DNA of 64,000 bases. It comes from an uncultured Methanosarcinaceae archaeon. Lineage in GTDB: Archaea; Halobacteriota; Methanosarcinia; Methanosarcinales; Methanosarcinaceae. The notes below the pieces were generated by a model. That model worked only from the letters and a program-made list of their open reading frames with translations, did not search any database and had not been told where the DNA came from. Both the position numbers and the translations under genes were made by a program. The stretch lies in NCBI GenBank assembly GCA_963833425.1, contig CAWHXP010000020.1:1-64000 (forward strand), read 5' to 3'. How positions within the stretch are numbered: the first letter of the stretch is position 1; each line of letters opens with the position of its first letter. Below, piece by piece: positions 22,220 through 30,975 of the stretch.

Positions 22220-22490
22220 CTAATCAATTAGGTTATAACTATATATACTATATGCAAAAAATATATAAATTATTGAATCTCTTTATAATTTAGAGGTATT
22301 CAAGCACCTTTAAACATACCTTCTATCGGCTGCTGGTATCTCTTCACTTGCAGCCCACAAGATTAATTTTAGGACACTACTGTCGTTGATGATCACAAGA
22401 TCTAGAGGATTTCACATAGACCAGTAGATCTAATTAAATATGTATTTGAGGTTCAGGTAGGAAAAGTCCTGTATTCAGGAACATGATTAT
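22220..22490 (+). ncRNA. Promoter module + two-hairpin RNA (A3), leader of pentapeptide gene
   Basis: TATA 22262; AGAGGT/ACCTTT 22292-22311; GGCTGC/GCAGCC 22328-22355; ACAAGATT; downstream GAGGATTTCACA and CCTGTATTCAGG. Confidence 0.6.
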
Positions 22491-22560
22491 ATGGCTTCTT
22501 TTAATTCCCACTTGACACAAGACAAACAAAAATTTAGGGGTAAAAGAAAGAGGTTATGGC

Positions 22561-23082
22561 ATGAATGAGATTGAAGAAGCTAACTTTAACGAAGGTAACT
22601 TTGAAAGAGCTAACTTTAAAGAGGATAAACTTGAAAGATCTAGACTTATAAGAGCTGATTTTATAAAAGCTAACCTTAAAGAAGCCTACTTTGAAGGAGC
22701 TAATCTTAGGGAAGCTAATCTTGAAGGAGCTAATCTTGAGGGGGCTAACCTTAGAGAAACTAACCTTAAATGGTCTAACCTTAGAGGAGCTAACCTTCAT
22801 ATAGCTGATCTTAGAGAAGCCAATCTTAAAAAAACTAATCTTGAAAAAGCTAATCTCATAAGAGCTAACCTTATAAAGGCTAACCTTCAAGGGGCTAACC
22901 TTAGATGGGCTAACCTCGAAGGAACTAACCTTGAAGGAGCTAACTTTGAAGGAGCTAACCTTAGTGGGGCTCACTATTTATCATGTGGTCAGCTTTCTAA
23001 AGTGAAAACACTTCATAATACAAAATTAAATGGAGATATCCTCAAGTCATTAAAAGAGAAACATCCCACCCTTTTTGAATAA
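22561..23082 (+). CDS. Pentapeptide-repeat protein
   Basis: ANL/ANF repeats, RBS GAGGT, LSKVKTL cap. Confidence 0.9.
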   Translation: MNEIEEANFNEGNFERANFKEDKLERSRLIRADFIKANLKEAYFEGANLREANLEGANLEGANLRETNLKWSNLRGANLHIADLREANLKKTNLEKANLIRANLIKANLQGANLRWANLEGTNLEGANFEGANLSGAHYLSCGQLSKVKTLHNTKLNGDILKSLKEKHPTLFE

Positions 23083-23796
23083 CCAAAGTTAGAGGTCATC
23101 AAGATCTTAATAGGTTATGGAAAACCCAAAATTAATATTTGAAAAAGTATTATCGGAGCGAAAACACATTATGGAGGATTTCAATTTACCTCTAATTTTT
23201 TTTCTTCGCGATATCCCGTTTTAATCTTTCGTGCTAATTTCTGTATTTAGTTCTGGTGCCTTTACTTACTAGGGCCTGCGGCATGAATGCTTAAAATGCA
23301 TTATCTTGGCGTAGAACTCTAGAGTATAGCTTTTTTCTAGCTATAATCGCTATAGATTTGAATTTTACAGAAAATTGTGCACACTGCCTTTTAGTGTGTT
23401 TTATGATTAAATTTTACAGGTTAATCAAGCCTTAATTTTAAATATGGAACATAAAATATATTTTAGAACTAATTTTGTGAGTAATAGCTGAAATTCAGAA
23501 TCATGAGGCCACATGACAGTAAATGCCATCAATAAATCAAGCGATAAAAAAGCAAAAGATGCAGCACATTTCTCAAAAATTATACGGCGACATCTTCAGA
23601 AACTTACATAAGAGTGTAGAGAATGAAGTCCCAGTTATGATCGGACTTATGAATGTGGCAATCTACTGGATAAATAAATATTTTACGACTGGTTATAAGG
23701 TTGTGAAAGGTTACAATGCTGCCTAAAAAAAAGTAAAAAATAAGTACTTATGGAATTATGAAATCTATCAAAAAGAATCCTGAAAATGCACTGGCA

Positions 23797-24261
23797 TCAT
23801 TTCCCGAATGTCTGAGAGATCCAGTCTTTTATCTCATCTCTGACCCGCCGGAAGACCTTGAGTTTCTCTTCCTCCGACCCTACCGCAGCGGCAGGGTCCT
23901 CAAAACTTTCGTGAATTACTTCTCTTGCTTTGGGAAACTGATTCGGGAGCTCCAAATTTGTGCTGCAGATGGGACAGGCCACTTTAGCCCGATCGCAGAC
24001 CGTGACCGCCAGGTCAAATATGGTGTCCTGAAATTCTTGGGGAGTTTTGGAATGCTGACTGGAGATATCGATACCTATTTCCTTCATGACTACAATAGCG
24101 TGAGGATTAACAGTTGTGATCTCAACTCCGGCACTGTAAGCTTCGTATCGATCTCCATAAACAGCTCTTAAAAGACCTTCAGCCATCTGGGACCTGGCTG
24201 AGTTATGTGCGCACAGAAAAAGAATTTTCTTCTTCCCCTGTGATTCCATACTTGAAATCAT
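23797..24261 (-). CDS. arsC: Thioredoxin-coupled arsenate reductase (LMW-PTP fold)
   Basis: FLCAHNSARSQMAEG P-loop, TVCDRA..ACP, FEDPA; start 24261 or 24249. Confidence 0.85.
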   Translation of the reverse strand: MISSMESQGKKKILFLCAHNSARSQMAEGLLRAVYGDRYEAYSAGVEITTVNPHAIVVMKEIGIDISSQHSKTPQEFQDTIFDLAVTVCDRAKVACPICSTNLELPNQFPKAREVIHESFEDPAAAVGSEEEKLKVFRRVRDEIKDWISQTFGK

Positions 24262-24458
24262 ATTGCTACAATTGTGCATAAAGTAGATCAACATTGCGAT
24301 CGTTCCTGTATCTGAATTTTGAGAGGTTCAACAAGCCAGAAGATTTTCTTTCTTTTTGGTTTTTTCATATTCCAGTTTCATACTCACTTCTTTTCTTTGA
24401 TTCCTTATTCTATACTTTGCAAGCAGCAGAATTTCCCCGTTCTTCCAGCAAAAGTTTT

Positions 24459-25889
24459 TCAGTCATCAAGTCCCAGACGTTTCATGAAGTGATGGTACTG
24501 TTCCAATGGCAGCTGGGAATAGAAGGCTTGGGTTACAACTTCACTCAGGGAAGGGTGAATATCCATACTGCACATTATTGGTTCCATACTTCTTGATTCC
24601 GTATACATGAGAGGAATTATCTGGTGGATCAGGACTGAGGCATGAGGTCCTATAATATGGGCACCGAGAATTTGTTTCCCCTCTACATTCAAAATTACTT
24701 TTACAAAGTAATCTTTGATTTTCAAAGCTGTCCCCTTTGCAGTATCTTCAAAGAATTTGAGGCCTATGCTCACCCTATCCTCCCCATACTTTTCCACAGC
24801 CTCCTTCTCTCCCATACCTACCACGGCAATTTCAGGATAAGAAAATACTGCATGCGGTACAGCGTGGTAGTCTGTCTTCACTTTTTCTTTCAGGATGGCA
24901 TTCAGGTAAACTATCCTGGATTCATAGTTTCCAACGTGCTTGAGCAGATATTTCCCCGTTGCGTCGCCAAAAGCCCAGACATTTGGCTGAGATGTCTCGA
25001 GATACTCATTCACCAAAATCCAGCCCTTAACATCTGTTTTGATTTCGGTCCTTTCAGGATGAAGAATGTCGGCATTTGGAACTCTTCCAGTTGCTACGAG
25101 GATCTCATCTACAGTAATCTTTATTTCTTCTCCTGAATTTTTTTCATTTGCAACTATGGTCTTCTGCCTGTTACCTTCCTTTCTAACTTCTATAGCCTCA
25201 TAGTTTGTAAGGATCTTCATATATTCCGACATTTTTAACCTAGCAAGTTTGGAGATTTCTGGCTCTTCGTGCGGGAGAAAAATGGGATTTCTTCCAATTA
25301 CAGTGACTTCTGCTCCCATGGCAGAGAAAAAATGCCCATACTCAACTGCAATAGAACTCCCACCAAGAATTGCTAGACTTCTGGGACATTCATCAAGTTG
25401 GAGCACAGTGTCGCTTGTTAGATAACCAGTCTCTTCAAGCCTTTTAACAAGCGGGATGGCAGGTTTTGAACCAGTGCATAGGAAAATCATTTTTGAGTAA
25501 AGCTTTTTGTCGCCTACTTTTAAGGTATAAGGAGAAGTAAACTCTGCACTTTCATGGTAGTAGTCAATATTCGGGTTTCCGGTTACCCCCTCCAGAACCG
25601 CTTCTATATTTTCTCTTGTAATCCTTCGCATTCTTTCCATGATTGCAATGAAATCAATATCCCTTATTTCAGCCTTTATTCCAAAAAGAGATGCTGTTCC
25701 CAGTTCTCTGATAAGTTCCGCAGGATAAAGCAAAATTTTTGAAGGAATGCACCCCTTAGTAAGACAGATCCCACCGGGTTCGTCTTTATCGATAACAGCA
25801 ATTTTTATTTTTGGATTCGAATCTATAATATGGTTTATATAGTTCATTGCAGAACCGGTACCTATTACAATCAGGTCGTAATTTTCCAT
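24459..25889 (-). CDS. Dihydrolipoamide dehydrogenase-like pyridine nucleotide-disulfide oxidoreductase
   Basis: VIGTGSA, GGICLTKGCIPSK redox disulfide, WAFGD, IHPSLSE. Confidence 0.9.
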   Translation of the reverse strand: MENYDLIVIGTGSAMNYINHIIDSNPKIKIAVIDKDEPGGICLTKGCIPSKILLYPAELIRELGTASLFGIKAEIRDIDFIAIMERMRRITRENIEAVLEGVTGNPNIDYYHESAEFTSPYTLKVGDKKLYSKMIFLCTGSKPAIPLVKRLEETGYLTSDTVLQLDECPRSLAILGGSSIAVEYGHFFSAMGAEVTVIGRNPIFLPHEEPEISKLARLKMSEYMKILTNYEAIEVRKEGNRQKTIVANEKNSGEEIKITVDEILVATGRVPNADILHPERTEIKTDVKGWILVNEYLETSQPNVWAFGDATGKYLLKHVGNYESRIVYLNAILKEKVKTDYHAVPHAVFSYPEIAVVGMGEKEAVEKYGEDRVSIGLKFFEDTAKGTALKIKDYFVKVILNVEGKQILGAHIIGPHASVLIHQIIPLMYTESRSMEPIMCSMDIHPSLSEVVTQAFYSQLPLEQYHHFMKRLGLDD

Positions 25890-26324
25890 TAATTACTCTC
25901 CGCGATATAAAATTGTTTTATTGTCCCGGGAATCATATCGAAATAATTTCATATTTGCATTTAAAGTCAAGCTTATTCGTAATACAACTCTGCAAGTTGA
26001 TTTAATTTTAAAGCACGATCTAATTTGAAAAGTGTTCTCATTCTGGATCTTCGAGATTCTGTAGACCTTTGATCCTGCAAATGTATCCTAAGAGAGATGG
26101 AATCTAATCCTTGCCCAGACAACAGTAATGAATGACTTAGGCCTTATGAGCATCAATGAAGTATAAAAAATGGATCTTATAAGTTGTGGGTAAGATACGC
26201 TATCCATCGAAGAGCTCCTTGACAATTTTTCACTTTCAGACAAATAATTGCACTAAAACATTTTATTTCAGGATTTATGCCATAGTACATTTATGGATCA
26301 TGATATATTTGCTGAATAGGGTAT

Positions 26325-26408
26325 GATATCTATTTTTTGTATATATACTATATAGTAGTAACTTTAACTAATTAGCATCAAATATGCGTAATCCTAATCC
26401 CACGAAAC
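26325..26408 (-). promoter_or_regulatory. Promoter-only copy of the conserved module (TATA position reads TAGATATC)
   Basis: Reverse complement GTTTCGTGGGATTAGGATTACGCATATTTGATGCTAATTAGTTAAAGTTACTACTATATAGTATATATACAAAAAA. Confidence 0.65.
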
Positions 26409-26622
26409 AAATCTAAAAAATAATTAAACTCACCATTTTTTGGAACTGTAGGTGAAGTCTAAAGAACATGATTTTCAGATCATTCACTAACATGACCTAT
26501 TTTTCAAGTTTTTTTACATCACATTTTAGTTAAATTGTTAAAGAAAACGTTATATAGCCTCCTTCAAAATACTCAAAATAACACAACTATTGTATTATAA
26601 CTTATTTAATGGGGAATTTTAG

Positions 26623-27084
26623 ATGAACTGGCCTGCTAAGAGAACAATTTCAGGATCCACACGCTGGGATCCTTTTGAAGAGATTAGGAAAACTCAGGAA
26701 CGCCTGAACCTGCTGTTTGAAGACTTCATGCCTATGAAAAAATTGGGAGATGGGAATGTATTTACCCCTGCCATTGACATCAAGGAAGAAGAAAACAAGC
26801 TTTTGGTAACTACCGACTTACCAGGAATCAATAAAGAGGATATTGAGATAAACCTCAAAGAAGACATGCTTGAGATAAGTGCAAAGACCGGAAAGGAAAA
26901 AGAAACAGAAGAGGAAGGATATATTCGTAAAGAAAGAGAATATACTCACTTTTACCGCGCTGTCCACTTGCCCACGAGCGTTAAAGAGGAGGGAAGTACT
27001 GCAAAAATTGAAAATGGTGTCCTTACGATAACACTTCCGAAAATAGAGCTAAAAGAGCCAGCAAAAAAAATACAGATTGAATAA
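26623..27084 (+). CDS. hsp20: Hsp20/alpha-crystallin small heat-shock protein
   Basis: WDPFEE, PAIDIKE, DLPGINKEDI, AKIENGVLTITLPK. Confidence 0.95.
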   Translation: MNWPAKRTISGSTRWDPFEEIRKTQERLNLLFEDFMPMKKLGDGNVFTPAIDIKEEENKLLVTTDLPGINKEDIEINLKEDMLEISAKTGKEKETEEEGYIRKEREYTHFYRAVHLPTSVKEEGSTAKIENGVLTITLPKIELKEPAKKIQIE

Positions 27085-27132
27085 TCTCCGAAAGGTGAAT
27101 GGATAATTTTCTATATAATAGGATGTTTATTT

Positions 27133-27600
27133 ATGAAAGGAAATGAGAAGATTATTGAACATTTAAACGCTCGTTTGGCTGACGAACTAACTGCTATCAA
27201 CCAGTACGTTGTCCATGCCGAGATGTGTGAAAACTGGAATTACAAGCAACTGGAAGAGATGATCCAGAAACGAGCCATCGCCGAGATGAGGCACGCTGAG
27301 AAACTGATCTCTCGCATCCTTTTCCTTGAGGGGAAGCCGATTGTAAGTACATTAAATAAAATAATCATCGGCGCAGAAGTGCCAAATATACATGAGTTTG
27401 ACCGGGGAACCGAAGAAACGGCTATTCAAGGTTACAACGAAAGCATCCATCTAGCGGCGGAAGTGAGAGATAATAATACCAAGGTGCTTCTCGAATCAAT
27501 CCTGAAGGAAGAAGAGAACCACATAGACTGGATCGAAGCCCAACTCGATCAGATCAAACAAATGGGTGTTGAGAACTATCTGGCTGAGCAGATTTACTGA
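27133..27600 (+). CDS. bfr: Bacterioferritin
   Basis: MKGNEKII..LN, ELTAINQY..H, EMRHAEKLI.RILFLEG, EEENHIDW. Confidence 0.92.
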   Translation: MKGNEKIIEHLNARLADELTAINQYVVHAEMCENWNYKQLEEMIQKRAIAEMRHAEKLISRILFLEGKPIVSTLNKIIIGAEVPNIHEFDRGTEETAIQGYNESIHLAAEVRDNNTKVLLESILKEEENHIDWIEAQLDQIKQMGVENYLAEQIY

Positions 27601-27726
27601 GGGAGTTCCTGCTATATCTAACGCACTCTTGAGGATGGACCATTGGGGATTTATCTATGAAAACTCCCTGATAAAGAGCAAAAAATGGATTTATCGTCAA
27701 GTACATACATTTTTCTACTAAACTTA

Positions 27727-27818
27727 AGAGTATTTTGATAAACCCCAATTTTGGGCTGGTTGGTTATAAAGCCTATATAAGCAACTTGTTGAAATCGGAA
27801 GTTTATCAAAATTTTCAA
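27727..27818. repeat. ~90-bp inverted-repeat element (MITE-like)
   Basis: ATTTTGATAAAC...GTTTATCAAAAT; both termini differ from the 13573 copy at the same paired position. Confidence 0.65.
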
Positions 27819-28248
27819 TAATCTATGGCTAATAAAGAAAACTCCGATGGATAAATTGGTTCTCAATCAGTTCCTTAAGGCGGGATTCATTTATAACAGT
27901 CATTTAAACCCAACAAAATTTGAAACCTCGGCTCTTTTGAAATTTGCAGATCAAGCGAATAATAATCCAGGATAGCTACCTTTTCAAGTAACAAACTTTA
28001 AAAGCTCGTTACGTTATAGTTACTATTTTAATTGTTTATCTAGAATATAAATATAAAGATAGCGTTATTTATATGAAAATTGTAGCTAACCAAAAATAGC
28101 GGTTCAAAAGACTAAATGAGAATATGAATAAACAGGCTGTACATATTCAAAGTTTGATCAAAGAAAATAGCAGGCTAAACATTAAGATACTTCTGGAAAA
28201 TGCAGAAAAAAGTAAACCTTGGTAGCGATTTTGTAAGTCCGATTATGA

Positions 28249-28672
28249 TTATACCAACGGATCAAACTTCGCTACAATTTGTTTCCTAAGTATATCTGCT
28301 TCCTTGACTGTTATCTCAACATTTTCGTTTTTATTCTTTGAAATAACATTTGTCTTCCTATATAGCCGCCTTCCAAATTCGTCAGGAAATCTTCGCTTCA
28401 AGACCCATAAACATATCCGAATGTTTCCAGCTTCAGCAGCTTCTTGAATGCTTTAGTAATTATCTAGCTCCATCAGCATTACATTTGTTAGTATGTTTAT
28501 AGAATTGGTAATATTTCCCAGATTTTTATGTTTTCAATTTATTCATCCAATCATTAAAAGTTTTATACGTGATTCCTGAAGCTTCGGAAGTAAGAGATTA
28601 TGTGAGTCCTAAAGCAATATTTTCACCGATTTGTTGCTGTATTTCTGGAGTTAATTTACAAGATCGAGCCAC
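28249..28672 (-). pseudogene. Phage-related HTH / terminase-small-subunit-like pseudogene (not in ORF track)
   Basis: Manual translation MARSCKLTPEIQQQIGENIALGLT*..ASGITYKTFNDW..QEAAEAGN..WVLKRRFPDEFG with several stops and a shift. Confidence 0.5.
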
Positions 28673-29180
28673 AAATTCATCGTTTTTATTTCTTTTAGCA
28701 GTTAATATTAGTGAATCTTATATTAATAGTTAGTTAGTTATCTCCTGTATAAACCGGGGTTTATACTCTTAAATCAAATAAGAGCCATTCTCAGACGTTT
28801 TAAGACGCTTTTTTGATTAAGGTAATGTATTATTCGTGGTACTTTCGATAAAAGTATCCCTAGTAGCCCCCATAATAAGTCATTGTTTGAACAAAAAATC
28901 CTCGTCATTTGACTTCTACATAACGGTAACTACCTACTCGATGTTTTTTTTCATAAATTTTTATTACTTTAGAACTATATAAATTTAGTTATTGATTGTA
29001 GAGAAAAATCTGAAACCGTGACTTATGATAAATATGGAGCAAAAATGATCGATTATAGGGCTATCTAAAGCACTTTCTTGAATGAGTTGGAGCTTATTCC
29101 CTTGGACGAATTACGCGCCTGTCGTAGGGCTTTGAGTTCAAGTCATTTAGTTACTGGCGTGGGAAAGGCTTCAGTCTATT

Positions 29181-29401
29181 ATAATTCATAAAATTAGGAC
29201 TACGTAATTTGAAAATAACAACTAGTTCATGATATCGCTATATATAATATTTGGAAAAACTATATATTAACTAAAATTTAAGTATAATTCAAGGTTTTCT
29301 GGAACCTTTAATTGGGCATTCTCTCAGGCTGCAGGCAACGACCCCTTGCAGCTACAAGATCAACTTTTTTGAAATTTAAGATCAGCCTAGCCACATAGGC
29401 T
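29181..29401 (+). ncRNA. Promoter module + two-hairpin RNA, array unit B4
   Basis: ATTAGGACTACGTAATTT box; TATA 29261; AAGGTT/AACCTT 29291-29308; GGCTGCAGG/CTTGCAGCT 29327-29353; ACAAGATCAACTTTTTT. Confidence 0.65.
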
Positions 29402-29552
29402 CATTTAATAAAGCAGTATAAGATCGATTGTGGGACTATTTAAGGTGTTTTTTAACAGGTTAGGATTTATTCTACCTTAAATAAATTATAAACATGCTAT
29501 TGAAGCTGAGAGGCAATCATTTATCGACTAGCATGGAACAGTTTTCTTATGT

Positions 29553-29766
29553 TATGATTGCGAGATCTGAACACGTGATTTTAAAATACTAATTAGTTTA
29601 AGGCTTACTATTTAGAGTATGTGGGAAGACTATAAAATAAATTAAATTTGGTTATTATTTAAAGGTATACCCTACCTTCAAACCATCCTTCTGTGTACTG
29701 CAGGCATTGACTCACCTGCAGTTAACAAAGATCACTTTTTTGGCATCTGAGATCAGCTGGATCACT
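29553..29766 (+). ncRNA. Promoter module + two-hairpin RNA, array unit B5
   Basis: CTAATTAG 29589, CTATTTAG 29608, TATA 29631; AAGGTA/TACCTT 29662-29678; perfect ACTGCAGG/CCTGCAGT 29697-29722; T6 29736-29741; GATCAGCTGGATCAC. Confidence 0.65.
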
Positions 29767-30312
29767 TATAATTGGGCTATTGAATGAATACAGACACAAC
29801 TACAATAGATGTTTACGATGTATATGGCAAGAAATTAATCAAAGGAATTACACCGATAAGTCCAGTCAATCAGACACTTTCAAGTCTTAAAGGTTATAGA
29901 AATACATGAAAATCACACTAGAATATGAAATAAGTAGGGGGATGATTTAAATTCCCAGATTAAGCACTTTGGATAAAACATAACTGTAATAAAATATATT
30001 TAAATATATAACCCTGATTTTATGGCTTAACATCGTATCTTTTTGATGTTCCTATGTATTATTTTTGTGATCAATTGGTAGCATATAAAGATTCTATACT
30101 TTTTTCCTGTATCACAAAAGATCGATTTTTGTCGACTTGATATTTTAACAGGCTTGAAAATTATAATATACAAATTTCTTTTGTTTGAAAACGATTTTTT
30201 GTATAATTTATTTAATATAGTTTTAATTTATTTTTATGTTTATGATTAATGCCAACAGTAGCTATTAATATATATATTTTAATCTAAATATATAATACTG
30301 AATTGAATTGGA

Positions 30313-30750
30313 ATGTTAAACAAAAAATCACATGAGCTGCATGAGAATAATATACCAATCTCCCATGACACTCTACTAAGGGATAACATTGGTATTATTG
30401 AAGTTCGGGAAGCGGAAATTAAACAACTCTACCCGGAAGGCACGCGTTTAGGAGCAGCCGAAAAAGTGCATTGGGGATATATTATAATAGGTTCTAGTAA
30501 TTTTGGCGATGCTCTCTGCAAAGTAATTGGCTGGAAATTTTCAACGGCAACTCCAACCATAGTTCTATGTCAGGCGTCCCAAGATCGCCTAAACCCAAAT
30601 GCCAACCTTGATCACGGATGGCCTGATCAATTCTCAGTTCAGGTGCTTGAAACATCAACCGATTTCGTGATGATCCGAGTCAGTAGGATAGATTTGAATA
30701 GCTCCAACTGGGGACAAAATCTACGGATTGACATGTTAGTCATTGAATAA
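30313..30750 (+). CDS. Hypothetical protein
   Basis: 145-aa ORF with protein-like composition, TATA-like sequence upstream and T-tract after the stop. Confidence 0.6.
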   Translation: MLNKKSHELHENNIPISHDTLLRDNIGIIEVREAEIKQLYPEGTRLGAAEKVHWGYIIIGSSNFGDALCKVIGWKFSTATPTIVLCQASQDRLNPNANLDHGWPDQFSVQVLETSTDFVMIRVSRIDLNSSNWGQNLRIDMLVIE

Positions 30751-30975
30751 TTTTTTTTCACTCAAATTTTTAGATGCTTATTACGGTCGAGTTGAATTTG
30801 GTATTTTCCAGAAAACTACGTATACTGCTCAATATACTCTTAAAAATGATAAATTAAACCATTTTTAATTTATCCAAGATGCTTTTAAGGATCCGATACT
30901 GTGATCATAATAATATAGGAAAAATGTCTTGATTTATAAATTCTTCACACTATGAGATAAGCGAGCTGTGAATAT

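Noticed and set aside
29098..29170. tRNA-like fragment (GTTCAAGTC)
   Set aside because: No T-stem or acceptor pairing around the loop word.
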